Assembly: GCA_963706595.1 (NCBI GenBank) | Contig: OY970166.1 | Span: forward strand, 3,392,001-3,456,000 | Length of the DNA stretch: 64,000 nt | Direction: 5' to 3' | DNA from: an uncultured cyanobacterium | GTDB lineage: Bacteria; Cyanobacteriota; Cyanobacteriia; Cyanobacteriales; Nostocaceae | Shown here: positions 21,056 through 31,974 of the stretch, one piece after another | Position numbering within the stretch: the first letter of the stretch is position 1 | Layout: every line of letters starts with the position of its first letter | Notes under the pieces: generated by a model | The model's database searches: none | What the model was told of the DNA's origin: nothing | Seen by the model: only the letters and a program-made list of their open reading frames with translations | Translations under genes and position numbers: made by a program

Positions 21056-21694
21056 TCAGCCCAATTTCCTCTGGCGTATAACTTCCTGCTCTTCTTCCCG
21101 ATTATCGGCAAAGTGCTTGTCCATAATTACAGGAACTTGTGTCGATGGAATACGACTATAGCGGGTTTTATCTGGCATCACTAAATTCGGACCAGCCTTG
21201 CAGTTTTTCATGCAGCCAGTACCTTTAATCGTCACTTGGTCTTCCAAACCGCGATGACTTAAAGCCGCCTCCAATGCTTGACAAACTGCTTTACCACCAC
21301 GTTTCATACAATCAGACTTTTGACACACCAAAATTGTGTGTTTATTCTTAGCTGATTTCGCCTTATTGCTATTCATTGCTGCGGGTTCCTGTACTGGGGT
21401 AGCAGTTGTGACTCTCCCACTCTCAGAACGTGCTGCCATCACACGCTCGGCTTTTAATGTAACTTTATCCTTTTTTATATCATGCTTTTTATAACCAACA
21501 ACTTGCAGCCAAGTTCCCGGCGCTACACGCAAGTCAAACGCCATGCGTAAATGTTTAGCGAGTTTAACATAGCATTCACCATCGGCAGTGCCTAATAACA
21601 AACCTTTGACCTTGTAACCATCTTTAATTACAAAATCGATCAACCTTCCTTCCAAGCAAAATTCTGAGATGTCTGTACTATAAGATGCACTCAT
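21056..21694 (-). CDS. Thioredoxin-like (2Fe-2S) ferredoxin domain protein
   Basis: C-terminal CQKSDC...GCMKNCKAGPN motif. Confidence 0.85.
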   Translation of the reverse strand: MSASYSTDISEFCLEGRLIDFVIKDGYKVKGLLLGTADGECYVKLAKHLRMAFDLRVAPGTWLQVVGYKKHDIKKDKVTLKAERVMAARSESGRVTTATPVQEPAAMNSNKAKSAKNKHTILVCQKSDCMKRGGKAVCQALEAALSHRGLEDQVTIKGTGCMKNCKAGPNLVMPDKTRYSRIPSTQVPVIMDKHFADNREEEQEVIRQRKLG

Positions 21695-21750
21695 TTTCCT
21701 TAACCTCCTGTTAACTAACTCAGTCTGAATATCTGTTATACGTCAAAACT

Positions 21751-22029
21751 TCAAAACTTTCGGTAGCGACTCTTCCAGCAATCTTTAAGATGACAAATTA
21801 ACTCTTGTCGAGATGCTGTTAATTGCTGCGTTAGAGACCACAGTTGAACAACTGCTAAAGGGTGGTTAATTTCAACCTGCAATGGCTGGTTAGCCTCACA
21901 GCAACAGGGAATATCTAGCTCCTGTAAGCGTTTATAGACTTGCCATCGGTCAGACCAGTCCACCCCTACGCTGACAACGAAGTTTTTATTGATTTCTGAA
22001 CTTAACGATTTCAAGCGACTAGCCCTCAA
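21751..22029 (-). CDS. Asr1405/Asl0597-family small protein
   Basis: DRWQVYKRLQELDIPC...QLWS...L..CW family pattern; start uncertain. Confidence 0.75.
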   Translation of the reverse strand: MRASRLKSLSSEINKNFVVSVGVDWSDRWQVYKRLQELDIPCCCEANQPLQVEINHPLAVVQLWSLTQQLTASRQELICHLKDCWKSRYRKF

Positions 22030-22121
22030 CGTGCGACTAAATGGCAGTAAGTATTTTGTTTTGACCTCCTAATTCTGAGAATCTTTAGGAGTACCACCTC
22101 TTTAAACCAGCATACCTTAAG

Positions 22122-22136
22122 TGCAAACAATTCTCA
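22122..22136 (-). promoter_or_regulatory. Fur/PerR-like 7-1-7 box upstream of the asr1405-like operon
   Basis: TGAGAATTGTTTGCA on the minus strand, similar to TGATAATnATTATCA. Confidence 0.45.
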
Positions 22137-22245
22137 GTTGGATCAATAAAAAATCTCAAAACTTTGTAATAATTTCTGGTTATGAATCGTGAAAGGAGGA
22201 GTAGGGAGTAGTACCGCAAGGCGGAAATCAAGCTATAACCAAGGC

Positions 22246-23114
22246 TTTTTGGACTTGTGTGTACTGTAATTTCCCCTTGATTAAAGCTGGAAAACAAATT
22301 CCGGCTCCCTCTCCTTACCAAGGAGACGGTTGGGGTGAGGTTTTTTATGGCTTTCTCAAAAAGTTTTGTCGGATCTGTTGTCGCGTAGCGCAATGCACCA
22401 TCCTAGATTATCGGTGCGTTAGGACTAAAGTCCATAACACACCCTACCCAAATCAAAGGTTTTTGGACTTGTGTGTACTGTAATTTCCCCTTGATTAAAG
22501 CTGGAAAACAAATTCCGGCTCCCTCTCCTTACCAAGGAGAGGGTTGGGGTGAGGTTTTTTATGGCTTTCTCAAAAAGTTTTGTCGGGTCTGTTGTCGCGT
22601 AGCGCAATGCACCATCCTAGATTATCGGTGCGTTAGGACTAAAGTCCATAACACACCCTACCCAAATCAAAGGTTTTTGGACTTGTGTGTACTGTAATTT
22701 CCCCTTGATTAAAGCTGGAAAACAAATTCCGGCTCCCTCTCCTTACCAAGGAGAGGGTTGGGGTGAGGTTTTTTATGGCTTTCTCAAAAAGTTTTGTCGG
22801 GTCTGTTGTCGCGTAGCGCAACGCACCATCCTAGATTATCGGTGCGTTAGGACTAAAGTCCATAACGCACCCTACTGGCGTGACAAGGCTAAAATGTTGC
22901 AATAGATTTTTGAGAAAATCGAGATAAATCAATGTTTTCTGCTTTTTACCTAATGCACTATTTTAAGCTTGCCACGCTACTACCCAAATCAAAGGTTTTT
23001 GGACTTGTGTGTACTGTAATTTCCCCTTGATTAAAGCTGGAAAACAAATTCCGGCTCCCTCTCCTTAGTAAGGAGAGGGTTGGGGTGAGGTTTTTTATGG
23101 TTGTCTCAAAAAGT
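22246..23114. repeat. 214-bp composite tandem repeat, about 3.6 copies
   Basis: GGACTTGTGTGTAC anchor at 22251, 22465 and 22679 (period 214) and at 23001. Confidence 0.95.
22876..22979. mobile_element. 104-bp MITE inserted between array copies 3 and 4
   Basis: Imperfect TIRs TGGCGTGACAAGGCTAAAAT / ATTTTAAGCTTGCCACGCTA; CTAC duplicated; 104+4 equals the extra 108-bp spacing. Confidence 0.8.
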
Positions 23115-23147
23115 GATCTGCTTGCATTTGGATATTTATAAACTAGT

Positions 23148-23162
23148 TTCAAATTATTCTCA
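23148..23162. promoter_or_regulatory. Fur/PerR-like box upstream of dps
   Basis: TTCAAATTATTCTCA (reverse complement TGAGAATAATTTGAA). Confidence 0.4.
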
Positions 23163-23346
23163 TTAGTAGAAAATAAACATGACATGATGGCAGTCCAAGC
23201 GTCTGACTAAAGAGGAAAAATTGCTATTTTGGACACAGAAAATCATAAATTATTAGATATTAATTAGGGTTGCATTTATTTTTTAAATGTTAATATGTAG
23301 AAGATGAGCATTTCAATGCCATCACTGTTAGAAAGCGAGGAGAACC

Positions 23347-23901
23347 ATGTCTGATACACAAACCTTATTACAAAACTTTGGTCAGGTTTATGACAATCCC
23401 GTATTGCTAGACCGCAGTGTAACTGCTCCAGTCACTGAAGGTTTTAACGTTGTATTAGCTAGCTTTCAAGCACTATACTTGCAATACCAAAAGCATCATT
23501 TTGTAGTGGAAGGTGCAGAATTTTACTCACTGCATGAGTTGTTTAGTGACCACTATGAGCAAGTACAAGATCATATCCATGAAATTGGCGAACGGTTAAA
23601 TGGACTGGGTGGTGTACCAGCTGCTAGTTTCAGCAAATTAGCAGAATTAACCTGTTTTGAACAAGAACCCGATGGCGTATATTCTTGCCGCCAAATGGTA
23701 GAAAATGACTTAGCCGCAGAACAAGCCATCATTAACGTGATTCGTCGTCAAGCTTCTCAGGCTGAGAGTTTGGGCGACCGGGGTACACGCCATCTTTATG
23801 AGCAAATTCTGATAAAAACAGAAGAAAGAGCTTACCATTTAGCTCACTTCCTCGCTAAAGATAGCCTAACTTTAGGATTTGTCCAACCTGCTCAAAATTA
23901 G
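23347..23901 (+). CDS. dps: Dps family DNA-protection/ferritin-like protein
   Basis: [42 protein letters not shown]. Confidence 0.93.
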   Translation: MSDTQTLLQNFGQVYDNPVLLDRSVTAPVTEGFNVVLASFQALYLQYQKHHFVVEGAEFYSLHELFSDHYEQVQDHIHEIGERLNGLGGVPAASFSKLAELTCFEQEPDGVYSCRQMVENDLAAEQAIINVIRRQASQAESLGDRGTRHLYEQILIKTEERAYHLAHFLAKDSLTLGFVQPAQN

Positions 23902-23974
23902 TGCTTTGATAATTTCAATTTATTCAAGTCTATATTGAGGAAAGAGTTGGCAGACTTAAACCTTAAAAAAATCT

Positions 23975-24013
23975 AAAAATGGCAGGGGGATCTGACTACT
24001 CTCTGCCATTTTT
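23975..24013 (+). terminator. Intrinsic terminator after dps
   Basis: AAAAATGGCAG...CTGCCATTTTT stem with T tract. Confidence 0.7.
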
Positions 24014-24323
24014 AATTTCAACTCTTTGCTGACTATGATGTACTAAATTAGCTTCCGTAAGTAGGCTTTTTGTAATTGGTTACTGCTGGTAAATTAAACA
24101 CAGCCTGAAATCAACTTGGTATAAATAAAAATAAGTGCCAAAAATATGCTCTCGGTCAGCAATAACAATTAGAAAATATTGGCAATTAGCTAGTAAGAAA
24201 ATATTTCTATTAAGTTAAAATCTGCAAATTAAACTGGTATTAAAATTGTGATCAGATAAATAGTTAATTATTTCATCATGTAGTTAGCTATTATTACAAA
24301 TATTGCCCATAAAAAAGCATATA

Positions 24324-24481
24324 TAGGAATCCGATTTGATTATTGAAAATATCTAAGTATATGTAGTATATGTAGGGTGTGTTATGGCTTTAGCCTAACG
24401 CACCGTCTTCTGGGTCTTGGTGCCGTACTCTCCTGGATAACACACCCTACGTGTGTTTCATAAATCAAATATGAGTGTCTA
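24324..24481. mobile_element. Degenerate MITE enclosing a REP-like element (24372-24450)
   Basis: Imperfect TIRs TAGGAATCCGATTTGATTATTGAAA / TTTCATAAATCAAATATGAGTGTCTA; internal GTAGGGTG...CACCCTAC. Confidence 0.6.
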
Positions 24482-24655
24482 CCACCGGCTGCGCCTACGC
24501 CTACCGCACTGATACACTATAGCTACGTTCCAGATGAGAAACAGGAAGGTCTGTGCTAACTCAAACTTGGAAAACTTAATAATAAATAATATGACCGAGG
24601 GTAAAGACCCTTAAAATAATCAGGATTTGTATTCTCTTACTCTAACCAAATTACT

Positions 24656-27600
24656 ATGCCCCGCCGTCAAGACATCCGTAAAATACTGCTGTTAGGCTCT
24701 GGTCCTATCGTCATCGGACAAGCCTGTGAGTTTGACTATTCTGGGACTCAAGCCTGTAAAGCGCTGCGAGAAGAAGGCTATGAAGTGGTGTTAATCAATT
24801 CTAATCCAGCCACGATTATGACCGATCCAGAAACGGCTGATCGTACTTATATTGAGCCGCTTACACCGGATTTCGTGGAGAAAGTCATTGCTAAAGAACG
24901 TCCTGATGCGCTGCTACCCACGATGGGAGGACAAACTGCGCTGAATTTGGCTGTAGCTTTGGCGAAAAATGGCGCACTAGATAAGTATAACGTTGAGTTA
25001 ATCGGCGCAAAGTTACCAGCGATAGAAAAAGCCGAAGATCGTAAACTGTTTAACGAGGCTATGGCTAAAATAGGCGTGGCTGTGTGTCCTAGTGGTACAG
25101 CTTCATCTTTAGCCGAATCCAAGGCGATCGCAGAACGCATTGGGACTTATCCTTTAATTATCCGTCCTGCCTTTACAATGGGTGGTACTGGTGGGGGTAT
25201 TGCCTACAACAAAGAAGAATTTGAAGAAATGGCACAGGTGGGTATTGATGCTAGCCCTGTTTCTCAAATTCTGATTGACCAATCTTTACTCGGTTGGAAA
25301 GAATACGAATTAGAAGTGATGCGCGATTTGGCAGATAACGTCGTGATTATCTGTTCTATCGAAAACATTGACCCTATGGGTATTCACACAGGCGACTCCA
25401 TTACAGTTGCTCCCGCCCAAACCCTGACTGATAAAGAATATCAGCGCCTGCGGGATATGGCGATTAAAATTATCCGCGAAATTGGGGTCGAAACTGGCGG
25501 TTCTAATATCCAATTTGCTGTAAATCCTGTGAATGGGGATGTGGTAGTCATTGAAATGAATCCTCGCGTTTCCCGCAGTTCGGCTTTGGCTTCTAAAGCA
25601 ACCGGTTTCCCCATTGCGAAAATTGCGGCGAAACTGGCTGTGGGTTATACCCTGGATGAAATTAAAAACGATATCACCAAGCAAACCCCTGCATCCTTTG
25701 AGCCGACTATTGACTATGTAGTTACCAAAATTCCCCGCTTCGCTTTTGAGAAGTTCCCTGGTTCTGATGCTGTGCTGACTACTCAAATGAAGTCGGTGGG
25801 TGAAGCAATGGCGATTGGGCGGACATTTAATGAATCTTTCCAAAAGGCTTTGCGTTCCTTAGAAACTGGTCGCGCTGGTTGGGGTTGCGACCAAGCCGAA
25901 AAATTACCCAGTGGTGAACAAATTCGCGCGCAACTGCGAACCCCTCATCCTGACCGAATTTTCTCGGTGCGTCATGCTTTACAACTGGGAATCAGTACTG
26001 AGGAAATCTACGAACTTACGGCGATTGATCCGTGGTTCTTGGATAAAATGCAGCAAATGCTGGATGTGGAAAAATTCTTGAAGCGGACTCCTTTAAAACA
26101 GTTGACAAAAGAGCAGCTTTATGAAGTCAAACGTGATGGTTTTAGCGATCGCCAAATAGCCTTTGCAACTAAAACCACCGAAGATGAAGTCCGCAGTTAC
26201 CGCAAAGAATTAGGCGTTATCCCCGTTTACAAAACTGTGGATACCTGCGCGGCGGAGTTTGAAGCTTTTACTCCGTATTATTACTCTACCTACGAAGACG
26301 AAACCGAAGTTTTACCGACCAGCAAACCCAAGGTGATGATTTTGGGCGGTGGTCCGAACCGCATTGGACAGGGTATTGAGTTTGACTATTGTTGTTGTCA
26401 CGCTGCTTATGCGTTGAAGAAGGCGGGATTTGAGACCATTATGGTTAACTCTAATCCTGAGACGGTTTCTACAGATTATGATACGAGCGATCGCCTCTAC
26501 TTCGAGCCGTTGACCAAAGAAGATGTGATCAACATTATCGAAGCCGAAAATCCTGTGGGGATAATTATTCAGTTTGGCGGACAAACACCCCTGAAATTGG
26601 CGGTTCCTTTAGAACAATTTCTCAATAATAATCCGTCTCTTCCTACGAAGATTTGGGGAACATCGCCAGATTCTATCGATATGGCGGAAAATCGGGAACG
26701 GTTTGAGAAGATTCTCAATCAGTTAAATATTGCTCAACCGCCTAATGGAATTGCTCGCAGTTACGAAGATGCGCTGATTGTGGCGAAACGCATTGGTTAT
26801 CCGGTGGTTGTGCGTCCTAGTTACGTGTTAGGCGGTCGGGCGATGGAAATCGTCTATTCTGACACAGAGTTGGAACGTTACATGACTTTTGCGGTGTTGG
26901 TAGAACCCGAACATCCAATTTTAATTGATAAGTTCTTGGAAAATGCCATCGAAGTTGATGTGGATGCGATCGCCGACCATACCGGAAGAGTAGTGATTGG
27001 TGGCATCATGGAACACATTGAGCAAGCGGGGATTCACTCAGGAGATTCGGCTTGTTCCTTACCGTCTATTTCTCTTTCTCCCGCAGTTCTGGCTCAAATC
27101 CGCACCTGGACTGTGCAGTTAGCCCAAGCCTTATCAGTTGTGGGATTGATGAATATTCAGTTTGCAGTTGTCGGCGCTCAAGGTTATTCTCCCCAAGTTT
27201 ATATTTTGGAAGCAAACCCCCGCGCCTCGCGCACAGTGCCTTTTGTATCTAAATCTACTGGTGTACCTTTGGCAAAAGTCGCATCTTTGATTATGTCGGG
27301 TAAAACTTTAGCAGAGCTTAACTTTACCGAAGAAGTGATTCCTTCGCATATTGCTGTCAAAGAAGCAGTATTACCGTTTAATAAATTCCCTGGAACTGAT
27401 ACAATCTTAGGACCAGAAATGCGCTCTACTGGTGAAGTGATGGGAATCGACAGCGACTTTGGGCGGGCGTTTGCTAAGGCGGAATTAGCTGCGGGTGAGT
27501 TTTTACCCCTCAAAGGTACTGTATTTGTCTCCATGAGCGATCGCGATAAATCTGATGCGGTGAATGTAGTTAAAGAATTGATCACATTAGGCTTTACGGT

Positions 27601-27922
27601 GATGGCGACATTAGGTACACGCCGTGTCCTGGAGGAAAACGGTTTAGATGTGGAGTTAGTGTTGAAACTTCATGAAGGTCGTCCCCATGTCCTTGATGCA
27701 ATTAAAAATCAGAAAATTCAACTGATTATTAACACACCTTCCGGGGAAGAAGCCCAAACAGATGCGAGATTAATCCGGCGCACAGCTTTAGCTTACAAAA
27801 TTCCCATTATTACTACTATCGCCGGAGCCAGAGCGACTGTAGCCGCTATCCATTCCCTACAAACTACTACTTTAGACGTAAAAGTTATCCAAGATTACTG
27901 CACCGTTTTGGAACTAGGTTAA
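24656..27922 (+). CDS. carB: Carbamoyl-phosphate synthase large subunit
   Basis: [17 protein letters not shown], duplicated ATP-grasp domains, C-terminal MGS domain; 1088 aa. Confidence 0.98.
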   Translation: MPRRQDIRKILLLGSGPIVIGQACEFDYSGTQACKALREEGYEVVLINSNPATIMTDPETADRTYIEPLTPDFVEKVIAKERPDALLPTMGGQTALNLAVALAKNGALDKYNVELIGAKLPAIEKAEDRKLFNEAMAKIGVAVCPSGTASSLAESKAIAERIGTYPLIIRPAFTMGGTGGGIAYNKEEFEEMAQVGIDASPVSQILIDQSLLGWKEYELEVMRDLADNVVIICSIENIDPMGIHTGDSITVAPAQTLTDKEYQRLRDMAIKIIREIGVETGGSNIQFAVNPVNGDVVVIEMNPRVSRSSALASKATGFPIAKIAAKLAVGYTLDEIKNDITKQTPASFEPTIDYVVTKIPRFAFEKFPGSDAVLTTQMKSVGEAMAIGRTFNESFQKALRSLETGRAGWGCDQAEKLPSGEQIRAQLRTPHPDRIFSVRHALQLGISTEEIYELTAIDPWFLDKMQQMLDVEKFLKRTPLKQLTKEQLYEVKRDGFSDRQIAFATKTTEDEVRSYRKELGVIPVYKTVDTCAAEFEAFTPYYYSTYEDETEVLPTSKPKVMILGGGPNRIGQGIEFDYCCCHAAYALKKAGFETIMVNSNPETVSTDYDTSDRLYFEPLTKEDVINIIEAENPVGIIIQFGGQTPLKLAVPLEQFLNNNPSLPTKIWGTSPDSIDMAENRERFEKILNQLNIAQPPNGIARSYEDALIVAKRIGYPVVVRPSYVLGGRAMEIVYSDTELERYMTFAVLVEPEHPILIDKFLENAIEVDVDAIADHTGRVVIGGIMEHIEQAGIHSGDSACSLPSISLSPAVLAQIRTWTVQLAQALSVVGLMNIQFAVVGAQGYSPQVYILEANPRASRTVPFVSKSTGVPLAKVASLIMSGKTLAELNFTEEVIPSHIAVKEAVLPFNKFPGTDTILGPEMRSTGEVMGIDSDFGRAFAKAELAAGEFLPLKGTVFVSMSDRDKSDAVNVVKELITLGFTVMATLGTRRVLEENGLDVELVLKLHEGRPHVLDAIKNQKIQLIINTPSGEEAQTDARLIRRTALAYKIPIITTIAGARATVAAIHSLQTTTLDVKVIQDYCTVLELG

Positions 27923-28835
27923 AAGCTGGAAGAGTATGAGCAGACTTGGTTTTACTAGGTAAGCCGATGGTTATGGGGGAAATTATTCATAAAAAATTTC
28001 CCCCACTCTGCTTTACTTAATCTGCATTAAGTGGTATTTACAAGGAAAATTAAGCAATTATTATAGAAGCAGGATTATTGTTTCTATTGAGATATGTTAA
28101 GAAATATGAGGAATTATTTTTCTCTGTGTAAAGCAGCATCAAATCTGCTATGAGCATCATCTGCTCAAAAAGGGCGGTGTAAGTACCTTGGTAAAAGTAA
28201 GTGTCTTTTATTGAGAAGTTAGTAGTTGTCGCTCGATTTAATCTCAGTAATAAGACTGATTCTAGTCATGGGTAAAATAAATTATCATCTCTGTCTGTAA
28301 CGCAACCAGTCTTCAGGTGTGATCTGTGTAGGTTTGAGTAGCATAGAGCTATGTTATGAATTTGCAATAGGCGGCTAGATTGATCTTGTTAGCTGACTCG
28401 ATAGCGCTGATGCTGGCAAGTTGAAATAGTCAAAAAACAGGATATATAGTCACTATTTTTACATCTGTAAGAATATCTGCAAAATCCACTCCCCCTGTTT
28501 CGATTCATTATCTCAGCTGAAAAAGCCGAAAAAATCAGGGATCAGGTCTTTCCATTTTTTCTCATAAAGGTTACAATTATTAATAATCGAGAATACATAA
28601 ACTTTTTTGTTTATTACCTTTTATCTCACCTCCGGCACTTGTGAAACATGAAAAACCATTGCAGCGTCTAGCAATTAAGACCTTAAATTTGATTAATATA
28701 AGCAGCCGAGCATATCGGAGGCGTAAATTACAGACCTGAGTATGGGTTCTCAGTTTAACTGGGTAATACCCCCGTAGCAGCATCTATCAGTTAATGATCC
28801 CACCGTCAAATCCATCATTACCACAGAGTAGCGCC

Positions 28836-29792
28836 ATGAAGACCGCTCAGACAGCCACAGACCTCGTGCGGACTTACCTGCGTGAGATTGGCCGTGTGCC
28901 ACTCTTAACCCACGAGGAAGAAATTTGCTTTGGCAAACAGGTGCAATATTCCCGTATTTTGCATGAAGTCAGGGATTCTCTTGTCAACCAGCTGGATCGT
29001 CAACCGAGTCTAGAAGAGTGGGCCATAGCCGCAAATTTAGAAGTTGCACAGTTGAACGATGCGATCGCCGACGGTGAAATCGCGAAACGCAAGATGGTAG
29101 AAGCCAATTTGCGCCTAGTAGTATCCGTTGCCAAAAAGTATATTAAACGTAACGTCGATCTACTGGATTTGATTCAAGAAGGTAGTATCGGGATGCAACG
29201 GGGCGTAGAAAAATTTGACCCCACCAAGGGCTACAGATTTTCGACTTATGCTTATTGGTGGATACGTCAAGCCATCACCAGAGCGATCGCCGAAAAAGCT
29301 CGTACGATCAGATTACCAATTCACATTACGGAAAAACTAAATAAAATTAAAAAGGCACAGCGCCAGTTATCTCAGCAACTAGGACGCGCACCTTCGGCTG
29401 CTGAACTAGCGCAAGAACTAGAATTGACACCAAAACAGGTAAGAGAGTATCTAGAAAGAGCGCGTTTACCTCTATCTTTGGATTTGCGGTTGGGAGATAA
29501 CTACGACACCGAACTGGGAGAAATGTTGGAAGATCCAGGCGCTTCTCCCGAAGAATTTGTCATGCAATCGTCTTTATCTTATGACTTAGAGCGTCTGATG
29601 GACGAACTCACCCCGCAGCAAAAGGAAGTGCTAAAACTGCGCTTTGGGTTACTTGATGGACAGGCTCTAACTCTAGCAAAAATCGGTGATCTCCTGAACA
29701 TCAGCCGCGAACGAGTCCGGCAAATTGAACGGGAAGCCTTAACCAAACTTCGCAAGTCTAAAGCCAACATGAACGAATATTTAGCCAGTTAA
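28836..29792 (+). CDS. sigD: Group 2 RNA polymerase sigma factor (SigD-like)
   Basis: [50 protein letters not shown]; short N-terminus; exact paralog assignment uncertain. Confidence 0.75.
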   Translation: MKTAQTATDLVRTYLREIGRVPLLTHEEEICFGKQVQYSRILHEVRDSLVNQLDRQPSLEEWAIAANLEVAQLNDAIADGEIAKRKMVEANLRLVVSVAKKYIKRNVDLLDLIQEGSIGMQRGVEKFDPTKGYRFSTYAYWWIRQAITRAIAEKARTIRLPIHITEKLNKIKKAQRQLSQQLGRAPSAAELAQELELTPKQVREYLERARLPLSLDLRLGDNYDTELGEMLEDPGASPEEFVMQSSLSYDLERLMDELTPQQKEVLKLRFGLLDGQALTLAKIGDLLNISRERVRQIEREALTKLRKSKANMNEYLAS

Positions 29793-29795
29793 ACA

Positions 29796-29983
29796 GTAGA
29801 GACGCGATTCATCGCGTCTTCTTCCATCTTCTTCTATCCAGATTCATCGCGTCTTATTCCATCCAGATTCATCGCGTCTTCTTCCATCCAGATTCATCGC
29901 GTCTTCTTCCATCCAGATTCATCGCGTCCCATTCCATCGCGTCTTATTGCATCGCGTCTCATCGCGTCTCATCACGTCTCTAC
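29796..29983. repeat. REP-like element internally expanded into 25-bp and 10-bp tandem units
   Basis: GTAGAGACGC, then (GATTCATCGCGTCTTCTTCCATCCA)n, then (CATCGCGTCT)n, ending CTAC. Confidence 0.9.
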
Positions 29984-30193
29984 AAGAAATGCTGATCCCA
30001 AAGCAATACTGTGTTCAGAGGAGAAAATACGCTACTTGAGGTACGGTTCCACCGACTTCAAAGTATGAATGAGGCTGTTACATTAATTGAGAGGAACAGT
30101 TTATAGCCAGTTAAATTTCGTAAAAAACTGGTATTCACTATTCAAGTTGCAAACACTACACTACGCTAGTAGTGATAGTACAGGAGGTACAAC

Positions 30194-30538
30194 ATGAGTA
30201 ACAAATCCAATAGAGTCTCAGAATTCTTTAACGGCGAGTCAGAAACAAGTAACTTGCTATGGCAATACGTTAAATCCCTGAGTCCGGACGCAGTTACCCA
30301 GCTATCCAAACCTACTTCTTCCGAAGTTTTTCAGGTAATGGAGCGCAACATCATCGGATTATTAGGTAACTTACCTTCAGAACACTTCGATATCACCGTC
30401 ACCACCAGCCGGGAAAGTCTTGGTCAGCTACTCGCTTCCGCCATGATTAGTGGTTATTTTCTGCGGAACGCCGAACAGAGAATGAATTTTGAAGCTGTTT
30501 TACAAGGAACCGAAAATAATCATCACGAAATTGACTAA
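30194..30538 (+). CDS. DUF760 domain protein
   Basis: NLLWQYV...LLGNLP...LLASAMISGYFLRNAEQR; AGGAGG RBS. Confidence 0.88.
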   Translation: MSNKSNRVSEFFNGESETSNLLWQYVKSLSPDAVTQLSKPTSSEVFQVMERNIIGLLGNLPSEHFDITVTTSRESLGQLLASAMISGYFLRNAEQRMNFEAVLQGTENNHHEID

Positions 30539-30724
30539 CAATTTCAAATTTTCGCGAAAAAATTCTACATTCTTGGGTTTATTTTCGTTACAGTCATGAA
30601 TAAACCCATTAGACTTAACTTCATGGGGAATTTTTATTACATAATTTTCCTAATCATAAATGCAACCTCGGCAGAGACTCAGTTTCCTTTGCCGAATTTG
30701 CTATAGCTTAGTTTTTAGGTTTAT

Positions 30725-31258
30725 ATGAGTGCAACTAGTTCTTTTCTACCTCACAAAATTATTGGTGTGGCTGTAATTTGGAACGACCACGAGCAAATTT
30801 TAATTGATCGTCGTCTTCCAAAAGGTGAAATGGGTGGTTTATGGGAATTTCCCGGTGGCAAAATTGAGCTTGGTGAAACCATCGAAGAGTGTATTCAACG
30901 GGAAATTCAAGAAGAACTAGCAATAGAAATTGAAGTAGGAAAGCATTTGATCACCATTGATCATACTTACACTCACTTGCGCGTCACTCTGACTGTGCAT
31001 CACTGTCGTCTGATTACAGGTATTCCTCAACCCATAGAATGCGATGAAATTTGCTGGGTAAATTTGGATGATTTGGAGAAGTTTACTTTTCCCGCAGCTA
31101 ATAGTCAAATTATCGCCGCATTGAAACGGGGAATGGGGAGTGGGGAGTGGGGAGTAGGGGGGGAAGAGGAAGGGGAGCAGGGAGCAGGGAGCAGGGAGCA
31201 GGGAGCAGGGGAGCAGGGAGCAGGGAGCAGGGGCGAGAAGACGGTAACTTCCCAATAA
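30725..31258 (+). CDS. mutT: 8-oxo-dGTP diphosphatase MutT with repeat-derived C-terminal tail
   Basis: GGLWEFPGGK.E.GE...REIQEEL, FPAAN; tail encoded by heptamer repeats. Confidence 0.88.
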   Translation: MSATSSFLPHKIIGVAVIWNDHEQILIDRRLPKGEMGGLWEFPGGKIELGETIEECIQREIQEELAIEIEVGKHLITIDHTYTHLRVTLTVHHCRLITGIPQPIECDEICWVNLDDLEKFTFPAANSQIIAALKRGMGSGEWGVGGEEEGEQGAGSREQGAGEQGAGSRGEKTVTSQ

Positions 31259-31330
31259 CCAATAACTAATGACCAATGACTAATGACTAATGACTAATGA
31301 CCAATAACTAATGACTAATGACTAATGACC
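31128..31330. repeat. Composite heptamer repeat module, copy B (inverted relative to A and C)
   Basis: GGGGAGT, then GGGAGCA, then a unique linker, then TGACTAA tracts. Confidence 0.88.
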
Positions 31331-31425
31331 GAAAATCACGTAACAATGTATTAACTGAATCAGGTTGAGTCCCGCAATTTTCTACAATGGTTGGAGAGAC
31401 TTTGATCAAGGGTGTCAGCAAGCAA

Positions 31426-31884
31426 ATGCCTAAAACCGTTACCGACGTGATGACCCGTGACCCAATTGTGTTGCGGACTGAAACTCCACTCAAGGAAGCT
31501 ATCCAAATTCTGGCAGAAAAACGCATCAGTGGTATACCTGTTGTGGATGATGTCGGTAAATTGGTGGGCATTATTTCAGAAACAGATTTAATGTGGCAAG
31601 AAACAGGTGTAACTCCTCCGGCGTACATCATGTTTCTTGATAGCGTGATCTATTTACAAAATCCTGCTACTTACGAACGCGAATTACACAAAGCCTTGGG
31701 TCAAACTGTGGGCGAGGTAATGAGCAAAAATCCTATAACTATTTCTCCAGAAAAAACTGTAAAAGAAGCGGCTCAATTGATGCACGATCGCAGTATTCAC
31801 CGCTTACCTGTAATTGACAGCGAGAGTCAAGTGGTTGGTATCCTTACCCGTGGTGATATTGTTCGGGCAATGGCTGCTAGTTAA
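31426..31884 (+). CDS. CBS domain pair protein
   Basis: ISGIPVVD..GKLVGIISETD, LPVID...VGILTRGDI. Confidence 0.9.
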   Translation: MPKTVTDVMTRDPIVLRTETPLKEAIQILAEKRISGIPVVDDVGKLVGIISETDLMWQETGVTPPAYIMFLDSVIYLQNPATYERELHKALGQTVGEVMSKNPITISPEKTVKEAAQLMHDRSIHRLPVIDSESQVVGILTRGDIVRAMAAS

Positions 31885-31974
31885 TATTGGTCATTAGTCA
31901 AGAGCTTTTTTACTGAAGTTTTTGACTATTGAAGATTTAGTTTTTTAAACAATTTTGAAATTTAGGACAAATAA

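Noticed and set aside
22246..23114. CRISPR array, or real small proteins (MYCNFPL.../MRYATT... ORFs) in the 214-bp repeats
   Set aside because: Units are contiguous with no unique spacers and no cas genes nearby; the ORFs are by-products of palindromic repeat sequence
27923..28835. Small ORF, sRNA or RpaB HLR1 site in the long carB-sigma intergenic region
   Set aside because: Only one hairpin (about 27974-28005) and a half HLR1-like GTTACAAT near 28570; not enough to call a feature
29796..29983. Mini CRISPR array
   Set aside because: Intervening sequences are near-identical and at most about 20 bp; the array derives from a REP arm
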